The notes under the pieces: generated by a model | What the model saw: the letters and a program-made list of their open reading frames with translations, nothing else | The model's database searches: none | What the model was told of the DNA's origin: nothing | Part shown: one piece after another, positions 13,496 to 25,347 of the stretch | How the letters are laid out: every line of letters begins with the position of its first letter | Numbering within the stretch: position 1 is the stretch's first letter | Assembly (NCBI GenBank): GCA_037379345.1 | Contig: CM074524.1 | Location: 7,165,635-7,229,634 of the forward strand | DNA length: 64,000 nucleotides | DNA from: Perna viridis | Lineage: Eukaryota | Direction of reading: 5' to 3' | Program-made: the position numbers and the translations under genes

Positions 13496-13941
13496 TATGA
13501 GACGTTGAACAAATGGTTTTTTTATGTTGTGATGAAACAATAAAAACTCAAAGTACCATAAGTATGGAGAAAGCTTCCAATTCTTTGGTATATGGGGGAT
13601 GGGGAATGGGAATGGTGTATAGAGGGATGGGGATTAAGGATGGTGTATGGGGGGACGGGGAAATTATTTTTAAACAATTTATTGATTTAAAAATATGTAT
13701 TAGATCTAGTTTAAAAAAACGCGTATCTTCAATTCAATTTGATAATATAACTATTTGATAAGAAATGTGCAATGGGGATTCTATGGGGATGGGATTTTTG
13801 AATGGGGGGGGGGGTTGTATATGGTAAATATGGGAGGCTTATACCATTCAAGAGTCGTAAACTTCAGAAATTGAAGCAGATTTAATGTAGCGACCAATTA
13901 TCTAGCACATTTTTCCTTTCCCCTTTCGTCCACCTCTGATT

Positions 13942-14745
13942 AGGCTGACTTTATAGCTGATCTGATCCAAAAGAAAGAATATCAATTAGCTAGATCCTTT
14001 AATCTCAGTTTCCGTTATATAGATGACGTATTATCTTTAAACAATCCTAGTTTCAGAGATTTGATACATTGCATCTACCCCAAAAAACTTGAGATAAAGG
14101 ATACTACAGACACTGTGAGGTCAGCCCCATATCTTGTCCTACACTTAGAAATCGATGGAAAATTGTTGACCAAACTTTACGACAAACGTGATGACATTTC
14201 ATTGAGAATTGTCAATTTTCCTTTCATCTGTGACAACATCCCTTCAGCACCTGCGTATGGAGTGTTCATATCACATCTTATACGTTATGCCAGAGCTTGC
14301 CGAAACAACGCAGACTTTTTGTATCGCGCAAGAATTCTAACAAACAGGCATCTGGAACAAGGTTTGTTGCTACAAGATTGAAGTCATCACTACAGAAATT
14401 TTATGGTCGTCATCATGAACTCGTGGATCGCTACGGATCCATCTGCGTTATGAAAACTGATTTGTTCAAAGGGTCATAGTTTTCCATTCACCGGAAATAA
14501 CTGTTTATTAGCAACTCGGCGGGTGTTTCTATAAAAGCAGAGGACGCTTACCCTACCGGTGCACGTGGTTTGCTCCCAGTTTTTAGTGGAGTCCGAGTTG
14601 CTCATTTACTTTTGTTACTTTGTATGTATGATTTTAATTACTTTATATTCTTTGTTGTGTATGTCTGTTTTCCATGTCTGGTCTTTGTCCCTAGATTACA
14701 CCCTTTTGATTACCACTGTAACCTTGGTTCCCTTGATTACTCTCT
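13942..14745 (+). mobile_element. 5'-truncated Penelope-like retroelement (RT C-terminal part + 3' UTR; Naiad-type layout)
   Basis: FRYIDDVLSLNN (YIDD 14016-14027), TKLYDKRDD..IVNFPFI..NIPSAPAYGVFISHLIRYARAC, then after a frameshift LKSSLQKFYGRHHELVDRY..TDLFKGS* with no C-terminal GIY-YIG domain; followed by the UTR shared by all short copies. Confidence 0.85.
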
Positions 14746-14759
14746 CTTATGTGTCATTT

Positions 14760-14930
14760 TATTAGCAACAAGGTGGGTGTATCTAGAAAAGCACAAGATG
14801 TACCTGTTCCATGCTCCTAGTTTGAGTGGAGTTTTGGTTACTAAATTAATTTTGTTGATTCCTTGTACGTGTTATTTTGGTTATATCATGGTCTTAGTTG
14901 TGTGTGTCTATATTTCTTGTCTAGTCGTTA
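14760..14930 (+). mobile_element. Older diverged PLE 3' UTR copy directly behind the RT copy
   Basis: tagcaacaaggtgggtgtatctagaaaagc...cctgttccatgctcctagtttgagtggag aligns to the family UTR. Confidence 0.7.
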
Positions 14931-17050
14931 AACCAAATTTTTATTAAACCAAAAACCTGTCTAAAACAAGACACATTCTTTCAGTCCAAATGTATTTTGA
15001 ACCTTGATGAACCGAACACCTGTCTAAATCGACCGAATTCTACAGTCCAAAAAGGATTCGATTAAAACAAGTTTCAGTTTATATTTTAAGTATTGATATT
15101 GTCTTTTTTTAAATGATTAGAACTCATAGTATTTTTAAATTGCAACCGATATTTATTCACAGCTTAAAATCGTCCCTTTTAAAAATTATACATTGTAAAA
15201 TGGTAAATGGTAAATTACACCTTGTAAGTGCTGTAACATATTATCAAATGTGATTTTTCTAAAACACAATCAAAGAAGGAGGGAAAGTCTTTTTCCAGTA
15301 TTTGGTGGAGTAAAAAAATATTTCACAAATTAGATCTTACCTTGTTTTCAAAAAAAGTAGATTCAAAGACTCCGAATGGCTGCGCAAGAATATTAAGGGC
15401 TCTATCAATCTGTAACAGTTTGTTTCTTTCTTATATGATTTGATAAATAAATCATCGTTTTTTCTATGCAATCTATTTTCATGAAAGACAGCGGTTTAAG
15501 GCATTGGGCTATGAAATCTGCTTGGAAGTATTCATTCGTAAATATCATAAATGTTCGGACAGAAATTGAACTGAAACGTGTATCAGTTACTTACACCAAA
15601 TATATTTGGCGCCTCTAAAATCATTATTTTTTCTATTGTTGTTTAATCCAATTTCAGTTGTAGTATGCATTCGGGGACAAGAGCGTCAGACCATTTACAC
15701 ATACCTTGTTTGGTGGTATGGTCGTTGAACTTGATTGATATTGTGCTACCACATATAAGCAATAGCAAGCAGGTAGCTATAGCCATGTCACTAAACTCCA
15801 TATTTAACCGACTCAGTCTACCACTCGTACATATGTAACTTGGCAGAAAAGCAGTGAATATCGATTTTAAGTCTTTTTTTTTAAACTTTAGTATCATCCT
15901 TTGAGATGATCAAGCTACCACAAGATCACCACCCCAAAGCAGTTTCTTTGAATTTTGAGCAATTGGAGATATCCACTCCCTCCGTTTGTCAGAAATTATT
16001 ATTATTATTATTATTTTATTTATTTATTTATTTATTTTTTGATTTTTATTAGAATTGTATCATGTCGAATGGGCTAACGTAACCATGGTAACGAAAACCC
16101 TTACCATTACTTACGTCATTTTCTATTGATATCTTAAAGGAGTCATTAACAGTATCTTCTGTTTCTTTTACTTCATTTAAATAAACATCGAGGTCAATGG
16201 TTGCCAAATATGTAAAACTGCACAGTCTATCTGAAATGGAACAGAAAATTAAATTTAAAGTTATAATTATCATTTCATCAAAAGTAACATAGCGTAAACT
16301 CTTCCCGTTTAAAAACAGAAATTTGTTGGGTTTTTGGTTGTTTTTTATTACATCTTTAGTATGTTCCTGGCTAAGTTCCATCTACAAAATTCCCATTATT
16401 TGGAACTGAGTGGACATGTTTAGGAATATTTTAACAAACCCATTAAAACGTGTTATTATATTTCATAATAATGTATCGATTTATATGTCATTTTATTTCA
16501 ACAGTGAATACGGATTCATCTGTTCGTCTATCCACATGTTTCCGCATCCAACTTATTCTAGAGAAGCAAGGAATACCATCCCTAGCTACCAATAAACTTT
16601 TTTGGTAATCAGATATATGTGCAAAAATGAATAATGAAACCTGAAATGTTTCAGTAACCATATTACTATAACATGATTATCAGATGATATTCACAATAGT
16701 GTATTTAAGTATCGTCATGTGACTCTGTGGAATCTACCATTCAAATGCAATGAGATTCGTCATTTATAGAGCCTTGAATTTAGTATTAAAAAAACATGTT
16801 CTGTGTAAAAATACCAATAAAATTGTCATTCTTTATTTCTACATGATACAAGTGTTCAGTGAATTTGCATTAAATTTAGGTCTGTCTACGGATTTCAATG
16901 CGTCTTACATCGGAAATTCCAGCCGGGAAAATTAAACTTTAACGGTTATAAACTAACCCTAGATGTTGTCTATTTGTCTGGTTTTACTTCCTTTCTCTAA
17001 ATATAGGTTCAAAAGACAATATTTATACGTAATTATCACGCAAGTCCTAC

Positions 17051-18294
17051 CTGAAAGAGCTTCTCTATTGCAGAGTGCACCAACACAGCAAAATCTACAC
17101 GATTTAGATTTATAACCACTCTAACATGTGTTTTCATTATTTCTCTCCACATTTAAACATTGTTTATAGTCTTGACAGCTTTATATATTCCATGTGAATG
17201 GTAGTTCTCAAACTTGATTTCCTCATAACAGACTGGCTAAAATGTGTAATAATATGAGAAAAGGAAATCATTTTCTTGTGTATAATTATAATTTTCTTCA
17301 AATTTTATCCTAAAATCTATACCGGATACAACTTAGATTATAACAATATACAACTTCAAACTTCTCATATAAATTTTGGAATTTAAGGATGATAAGATGC
17401 AGAACAAAATGTATCGCCAAGGTTGGTGAGAGTAAGACGATAAAATTACACAAAAAAAAAAAAAAAACACACAAAGCAAATGCTTTCCAAAGTACAACAG
17501 AATTAGAATTAGATCTCGAAAGCTGAATAAATTACCATACTTATTAAAAGAGAATACACAGAACAATATCAATACACTACTGACTAGATTAAAGAGTATA
17601 CAGAAAATAAATTAATAAATAAAGTAGCACATTATTGATGAATCATTGTATTCCAAGGAAGGCAACTCCAACATCTTTTGATTGAGACAGTTATATGAAA
17701 ATAGTAGATTGGATCAGAAAAAAGTCTCAGCTATGATCAATTTGCTCATAGAAAGAGTAATCAAGGGAACCAAGGTTATACCGGAAATCAAAAAATGTAA
17801 TCCAGGATTAAAGACCAGACATAGAAAACAGAAATACACAACAAAGAACATAAAGTAACCAAAATCATACATACACAGTAACAAAAGAAAATGAGCAACT
17901 CGGACTAAAAACCTGGGAGCATGGCCCAGGTGGTTCGGTAGGGTAGGCGTCCTTTTCTCCTTTTCTAGAAAACTAGAGTTGATGAATTTGATAATAAGTT
18001 TACACACTGAAGGGTTTTCATTAATGAACAACTAGGAAAGTTATTCTATAGAATTGTTAATAATATTTTATTGAGACATTTTCCTACTTCCTCCTTCCTG
18101 TTATTATCACATTTTGGACTTTGCAATGTTATTTAAATTTTTGCAGATTACAAAATGTCTAATATCCATTCTACTTATACTTACATTTGTGTACTCTGAT
18201 ACAGAACATTTTGTGAAACGATTTTGTTGTAAGCAATCCATCGTACTTGTTGCATTTTTACAACCTATACAGGTTGTATCTTTAAACAAATTAT
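17051..18294 (-). pseudogene. aGPCR exons 18294-18185 and 17236-17051: Ly6/uPAR (three-finger)-like domain
   Basis: TTCIGCKNATSTMDCLQQNRFTKCSVSEYTN|PVCYEEIKFENYHSHGIY/KSCQDYKQCLNVERNNENTC*SGYKSKSCRFCCVGALCN; CxxC...CCxxxxCN pattern; 1-nt deletion near 17181 and TAG at 17123-17121. Confidence 0.78.
17752..17972 (-). mobile_element. PLE 3' UTR copy
   Basis: aaagagtaatcaagggaaccaaggttata..atgagcaactcgg..ggtagggtaggcgtcc. Confidence 0.85.
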
Positions 18295-18796
18295 CTGTAA
18301 AATTAAGCACGAAAATAGTTTGTTTATCAACTTATCCACTCAATCTGAAAGACTAAGTTTTTTCAGTATGATTTTTTTATTGTAACTGTCGTAATTGTAC
18401 AAACATATTTAGTGGTAGTCTTTGTGGGAATCATGCAAATTCTGTAAAATGTGATGCCCCCCCCCCTCCATAAAATGTTTAGTTTTTCAATCCAATCTTT
18501 CTGCTCTTAGGTATAAATGCACATTGAAAATCCAATAGTTTCTATTGAATGTAAGTTACATATATAGATTACACTTCCTCAATTTGAAATTCTACAGTGC
18601 ATTTCATACAATTTCTATCTTTTATCAACAATGGTTCTATGAAAAGTCACAGTGCAATTTCCTGTTTACATAAGCATTTTAAACAAAATATAACAAATAC
18701 AAATATGTAGGCTTTCCAACAATGTATCCCATTTTGTATAATTCTTAGCTGGAGTGCAACTCAATAAGATATTCTTAAGACTCTGTAAAAACTTAG

Positions 18797-18938
18797 TATT
18801 GTGCATCAAGGGAGAAGATGTTAAATTCTTCATTTTCATGATAGATAACCAAAAACAAAATCGTTTGCTCTAGCACGAATTGCTTGTATAAAGGCCTTCA
18901 TCTCACAATCACATGTAAGTGGGTTATCAGTAAACGAT
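18797..18938 (-). pseudogene. aGPCR exon: LRRCT (frameshifted, donor lost)
   Basis: ttcatctag|A SFTDNPLTCDCEMKAFIQAIRARANDFVFGY, then TGA at 18838-18836; shifted frame reads YHENEEFNIFSLDAQY; the donor position reads ctaagt. Confidence 0.8.
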
Positions 18939-19074
18939 CTAGATGAAAACGCATGCAAAGAGATAATGATGAAAGTAGCTGTTTATTCAAATGCATGAAG
19001 TCTTTTTTTTTCTCATTTCTGTGGCAGAACGACCTATCTGCGTTGTAGTAAGTTGTGAAATTTAAATAGCAAGT

Positions 19075-19172
19075 TAATTGACTTGGCAAAAGGATTAATT
19101 CGAGCGGTCTAGGGTTCGATCCTCGGTGGCGGAGTATAATTTTGTGAGTCAAATCATGCCCTCTCGTTACAT
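19075..19172 (+). mobile_element. Degenerate tRNA-derived SINE head
   Basis: B-box-like gggttcgatcc at ~19112; no complete cloverleaf. Confidence 0.4.
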
Positions 19173-19400
19173 TTCAGTAATTGTCATTTTTTTACATCGT
19201 GCATTTTGCCATGTGTTAAATCATCGGCAAAATACAAAGGGACAATCCAATGATACATTATAGGCCAAGCTTTGGCAAAATCATGAAAACAGAAAACTGA
19301 AATATGCATACACCAATATGATTAAAATCAAATCTCTAAATTTTTCCCCGTTTAATGACACGCGAAATATCTACCAATGGCTTGTTTTTATTTGTTGTTT

Positions 19401-19643
19401 ATATGAGCAACTCGGTTGATGTCTCTAGAAAAGAAGAGGACGCTTACACTACCGGTGCACCTGGTCCATGCTTCCAGTTTTTAATAGAGTCCGAGTTGCT
19501 CAATTGCTTTTGTTACTTTATATATATGATTTTAGTTAATTTTTGTTCTTTGTTGTGTATGTCTGTTGTTCATATCTGGTCTTTCTCCTTGGATTATATT
19601 CTTTTGATTACCGCTATAACACGGGTTCCCGTGATTACTCTTT
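19401..19643 (+). mobile_element. PLE 3' UTR copy
   Basis: atgagcaactcgg..ccgagttgctca..gattactcttt. Confidence 0.85.
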
Positions 19644-19858
19644 GATTAGACTGTACATACGCAATATAGACAATAGAATAAGACAAAACTACATTTATAA
19701 ATTGAAGATAAAAAATAAATGTTTCAAAATAGTTTGCAATACTGTACAATATTGTCATATCATTTTAGATCATAAATTTATTCCTTACATTATTTCCAAT
19801 TTTACATACAAAATAAGTTTATACTATAAGTCATTTATGTATTTTTATTCCAACTTAC

Positions 19859-19930
19859 AACTTCTTCAACAGCGGTAGCCGGAAGATCAAATCCCGTTCA
19901 ATGGTGGCAGTGCTATTAAATGATATAAGA
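19859..19930 (-). pseudogene. aGPCR exon: degenerate LRR (72-bp footprint; usable acceptor gives 54 bp, 19912-19859)
   Basis: LISFNSTATIERDLIFRLPLLKKL|gtaagt; no AG at the 72-bp position, in-frame tttaatag 18 nt inside. Confidence 0.65.
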
Positions 19931-21196
19931 GAAAAAATGTTTGTTGCTCTTGAACATGTTGTACACTGGAAAGGGTGCAATGCATGTATATTATGTTTAA
20001 AATATGAAAGAGATACGTCAAATATGTGTATTTTCAAATATGCGATTTTCATGCGTTCGGTATTTACTGAAATACGTTTTACATGCCTTTGTCAAAACAC
20101 AAAATCAGGAACAAAAACATGAAAACATGTACTTTTACATTCGTTATAATTTTGTCTGATTGATGTATTTATAGGTCCGGAAAATATAAAACAATGATAA
20201 TAAAGAATTAGTTATTCTTACGAAGTACCTAATATTGTTAGCACATGGAAATGCAAAAAGTGTAAATACTTACGGGTTCGTTTTAACCTCATAATACACT
20301 GGGACAAATAGGGTTAATATTTATATAGTGTTATCGGTAAAATGAGTTCGTCCAAAGAAGTCATTCGAAAAAAACTACATGCATATGTTTGAAACGGTTG
20401 GATTTTATTGTGTCTTTTGACATGTTCCCCAATTCCAAATTGGAAAATGGACAGAATTAGGGTCATACATATGTTCAGCAATGTTTTCCGCACCCGGAAT
20501 ATGTCTTCGTCTGGCCCCAGAAATGAAAAATATATCGGATCAGGTATATCGAGAGATATAAAATATCTACATATTTATGTATCTGGAAATACTCTTATCA
20601 TAGAAAAAGAAAAAAAAATTAAAGATACATATGATCAAGAGATTAGCCATTCAAAGACAAAACATTTCAAGCGAGTCTACACACGGTCATCATATGTCAA
20701 AACGAGCACACTGACCATTCGTTGTTCTTCAATTGTTGTAGCATGAAAGATCTTATTAGATTTGAAATGGAAGCGAAGCAATCACAAATGCATAATTCAT
20801 TTTTTCCCTAAAACAAATACAATTTAGTTGCGTCATCAGATAATACATTAAGCTGCAAACATTGTCGTGCTAAGTATACCCCCACTCGTTATGCAAATGA
20901 ACAAATAGAAGATCGATATCAGATAGGAAAATCAAACCTCCCTCTTCCATTGCGGCCTAAATATACCAGTAGTGATTAAATAACATTTGCTAGCTATTGT
21001 GTCATAATTATTCAGTGGTCATACCAGTGTAAAGAATGATTTACAAAAAACAATCATAACTCGTGGTTTTAGAAGAAACTGAGTATTTTCAAACAAGGAC
21101 TGATATTTCGAATTGGGACGAAGGTATGGACGGATTTTGTGATTTTTATAAATGCCCATCTCGTTGAGAGGGCATGATATTTACTGTACTTCTTAC

Positions 21197-21268
21197 AAAG
21201 TCACTAAGAATGGAAGATAAACAAAAGCATAGGTCTTAATTTCAGTCAGCTTGTTCTCTTGAAGACTT
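21197..21268 (-). pseudogene. aGPCR exon: 72-bp LRR
   Basis: ttttttcag|A SLQENKLTEIKTYAFVYLPFLVTL |gtaaga; phase 2-2. Confidence 0.85.
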
Positions 21269-21841
21269 CTGAAAAAATTAATGCCACTTTCATATCGTGT
21301 ATACATCGAGAATCTGTTAAAGTTATACTTCTATTTTACAAGTTTGAAACATTGTTAATATGTAGGTTTTTTAATTGGAATCATATGTAATTGAGGTCAA
21401 TTAGATATCACAAACTCGAATGCTAAAGTAAATTCCATCCTTCCAACCCAAACCCTTATGAACCTCCAACAAATAAATACAAATACAAACAAACGAAAAC
21501 AGAAGACAAAAATAAATAATATGATATCTGAAATTTTCAAAGGACGACAGGATAATGAAAACATAATTGTTAGCTGCTAATTGTGGAATTTCCTGTTAAA
21601 AGTTAATTGTAAAGTGTTTTTGGATCATAACTATATCGTTATTATTATAAAATTACGTTTAAAAGGAGCAATATCCAATTAAAAGTGACGTAAGTTCCAT
21701 TGTGTATGAACTATACAATTTAGCGTATAAAACAAAATGTTGCATATATCGTGAAAATGGGAAACATGATTGAGACTAACTGTGAATGAATTAAGAATTT
21801 TCAAGTTTTATTCTTCAATGAAGTTCGATCGTAACTTTTAT

Positions 21842-22101
21842 ATCTACCACGGACTTGACTTTTTGTGAGCAACTCGGCGGGTGTTTCAAGAAAAGAAGAG
21901 GACACTTACCCTTCCGGTGCACTTGATCCATGCTCCTAGTTTTTATTGGAATCCTAGTTGCTCATTTACTTTTGTTATTTTGAATGTTTTATTTTGGTTA
22001 TTTTATGTTCTTTGTTATGTTTTCTATGTCTGGTCTTTGTCGGTGGATTGTAGATTGTATTCCTTTGATTTCCGCTAGAATTTTGGTTCCCTTGATAACT
22101 T
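21842..22101 (+). mobile_element. PLE 3' UTR copy
   Basis: tctaccacggacttgacttttt gtgagcaactcggcgggtg..ttggttcccttgataac. Confidence 0.82.
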
Positions 22102-22823
22102 ATTCAAAATGGGAAAAATACCAAATTAATTTAATCGGTACATGTCATTATATGTACACTTACAAAATTTTAAGATTAAACAACTTTTTAAATGCTCCAT
22201 GTGCAAGGAATTGTATAGCATTTTGCTGTAGATATCTGAAAGTTAAACAAAAAGTTTTTTAGGATATGCACTATGACAAAATAATTGCAACACATCATTT
22301 ATATCAATAATAGAATTAAAATTAAAAAAAAAACAATGTTTTTCAACAAATACAAATGCACTCGAGAAATGTGAAATAAAAAACAATCTTTGACGGGTAA
22401 CTCTCTGACATAGAAAGCATCAATGCACAAGTAATGGCATTTGCTTTACGATGCTATGTTGTAATATACAATAAGACTGATGAAACAGTAATAGGACGGA
22501 ATTTAAAGCTTAAGAGGCAGCCTTGGGGATGTCTTATATATGTCTGTTATGATAAGCTGGGTGTCGACCTTGATCAGACATTGAGTACCTTGTGTATGCT
22601 GGATGTATTTTAATATTTTAAACATGCACCGCAGATCACTTAATATTAGACTGAAATCAATTTCTCGGTCATTCTATTTAAAGATTTAAGGTCAAAGTCG
22701 TATAGATTGCCGGTTTGAGGGTTTCGTCATTGATGAGTCGTGAAAGACCAAATTTAAGATACACAATACATAAAAAATGTTCTTTATAACTAAACAATTT
22801 ACATAATGACATAGAATTTTTGA

Positions 22824-23097
22824 TGAATAATCAAGGGAACCAATGTTCTAGCGGTTATCAAAAGAATGTAATCCAGGGACAAAGACCAGACATGGAAAAT
22901 AGACATACACAACAAAGAACATAAAGTAACTAAGATCATACATACAAAGTAATAAAAGCAAATGAGCAACTCGAACTCCACTAAGAACTGGGAGCATGGA
23001 CCAGGTGCACCGCTAGGATAAGCGTCCTCTGCTTTTCTAGAAACACCCGTCGTGTTGCTCATAAAAAGTCAAGTCCGGGGTAGAGGAAAAAGGAAAA
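22824..23097 (-). mobile_element. PLE 3' UTR copy
   Basis: gaataatcaagggaacc..atgagcaactcg..cacccgtcgtgttgctcataaaaagtcaagtccggggtag. Confidence 0.87.
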
Positions 23098-23892
23098 GAA
23101 AGCTAGAACACGTTGAATAAATCAGTTTTATGTATGCTCCTGTTGCTGACTGGCAAACACTATGCTTATAAAAATGCTAAACAAAAATCATTACAAAAAG
23201 TATTCGATGAAAAAATAAAGAAAGATCACTGAGTGTACTGTATTTATGTACACCACTTTACGGTGTAACAATACAATGTTTAAGATTCAACAAATGAGCT
23301 GCGTACATGTATTACTTCTTTGTCAAAAAAACTAATGATTTTAATGTTACAAATGTGTTAGGACATCTTATTACGAACTGACAGAGTGACTAAATTATCG
23401 ATAAACTACTTTTTCGGCCTTTCAAATTTAAGATTCATTTTTGCCTCAGTGTCAACTTATCATTCGTTTACATGACTTTAGACGCATATGTGGAAAGAAC
23501 AATTAACAGAAAAGTACTTATGTAACTAAGATATGAAAAAAAAGTTTTGTTCTACATACTTTATTTTTTTATTGTAGAATAATCCTAGGAAAATGATAAT
23601 GGTTGTTGCATAATTTATTTTTAAACACCAAATTAGATAACATGAACTGGGCTACAAAAATATATGAATTTTAATAATATTATATCTCTCAATAAAACCT
23701 CTCTACAAATTCGAAAGGATTTTTTGCAATGTGAAGACTTTACAAATTAGAATAAAAGCGCTGCTGTCAAGATTCCTGATATATTCTTTATTTGGATGGT
23801 ACTTTATCATTGTCAACTGTGTAAAGGTATATGCATACACATTGGAATTATTTATATATTGAGTTGGTAGTTTGTCATTTTTTATTGTTTAA

Positions 23893-24105
23893 GGAGGTAG
23901 ACCATGGGAAAGGGGCATAACTCTTGAAATCAGTGATATGTTCATATCATATTCAATTTCACCAAAGCCTTTCAACCCTTCATTTGAAGCTGAATGAAAT
24001 CAATCCAAGTTACTTTGATGCTCACATAAGATTGATATAAAGAGCCTGAATACAAACGTTCCAACGAATTTCTAGAGTTGTGTCCCTTACCTTATATTTA
24101 ACTCT
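23893..24105. mobile_element. ~212-bp MITE, TTAA-flanked
   Basis: Same family; right TIR eroded. Confidence 0.85.
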
Positions 24106-24673
24106 TTAATTTATGGTTAATTCAGTATTTTTGTCTGTTGGTGAAGTTGGTGATTTGCTTTATGGAAACTCTTAGTTGTAAATAAAATTATAGAATGCAG
24201 TCAAATGTTTTACACACTAAAAGCAGGCAAATATGAATATCTTGCATTCTTAGGAAAATGATCGCTGCAATGTTCCCCCTTTTACATACAGGCTATTTAA
24301 AAAGATATTTCCAAAATGGTGCTGAGTATCCCTCTGTCCAATGTTTAGACACTGCAATAATGAACTACTGTCTATCACCTGACTGTCATATATCTCATTA
24401 TGTAAATGAATGTTTATGGTTATTTCACATTAAGTACATGATATAAGTTGTTTACTCATTTTCGGAACTCCCAGAGTAAATAAGAATAATAGAGTATCAT
24501 TTTAAAATGGACAACAACCAGTAATAAATTAATTTGAGATAAATACTGTACCTGATTGTTTAAAACAATTTTGATATATCTCAATGGATGAAAAAAATAC
24601 TGACACGCCCCTATTCAGTTAAATTCAGAGCTACTTTCCTCATGTTTAAAGATAAAAATATGTTTTAAAATTA

Positions 24674-24831
24674 ATTTATAAGAATTGGCTATAATAAAAA
24701 TTTTGTCTATTGAAAAATAACATATTTTTCATTTGAATATTTTATACTTCGCTCAATAAAAAAATATGCACTCGGAAAATTTATGTTATTTTTCGATAGA
24801 CAAAATTTTATTATTGCCAATTCTTATAAAT
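24674..24831. mobile_element. Foldback MITE
   Basis: atttataagaattggctataataaaaattttgtctattgaaaaataacata... and its reverse complement ...tatgttatttttcgatagacaaaattttattattgccaattcttataaat. Confidence 0.8.
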
Positions 24832-25275
24832 AATGTAGAGAAGTTAAAATAGAAAGCGACTTGTCTTCTGACAATTGATGATATTCAGAGTTATAATAAA
24901 AAAATTTACAAAAGAAGTCAATTTTGATTCATTCGGTAAACAGCAGATTTTGCTGAAAACATGGATCAGAGCAAAGCCATACATGGATTAGTGTGAAGAA
25001 GAATATATTTCATACTCTGAAAGTCAGGAAAGTGGGTTTAGAGTAACAATACAATCATAGGTACTCCCTTGATGATGAAATTAAAATACATGAACTTCAT
25101 TTATATCTTGAATTTCTGACAGTTCAAAAAAGAAATAAATGCCATGTATGTATTTCAGATAACACTTTGACTGTAGCTTTGTTGATATTCGTTATTGTCT
25201 TTTTACAAACCATAACTTATTACTGGATCAAGGAACAAGAAATCAATACACCTTTAAATTCAAAATTGTACTTAC

Positions 25276-25347
25276 AGTGCTTTGAGGATTCCAAGTCCGT
25301 GAAAACTTTGACCTTCTATAGTTTTTATATCATTCCGACTTAAATCC
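25276..25347 (-). pseudogene. aGPCR exon: 72-bp LRR
   Basis: ttttgcag|G DLSRNDIKTIEGQSFHGLGILKAL |gtaagt; phase 2-2, exactly one 24-aa LRR. Confidence 0.88.

Larger units (their letters stand above)
13058..16230 (-). pseudogene. aGPCR exons 16230-16115, 15409-15341, 13200-13058: SEA-like domain
   Basis: DRLCSFTYLATIDLDVYLNEVKETEDTVNDSFKISIEND|IDRALNILAQPFGVFESTF(LKT)S|GPRVVVDIQIAL...; the phases join only if one T is removed from the T7 run at 15350-15356. Confidence 0.65.

Noticed and set aside
14559-14947. Family of similar hydrophobic small ORFs (also 17714, 19355, 22799, 42716, 44396, 46663, 63753)
   Set aside because: They are translations of the non-coding PLE 3' UTR, with inconsistent frames and starts between copies.
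19075-19172. tRNA gene
   Set aside because: Only a B-box-like motif is present; no acceptor or anticodon stems.
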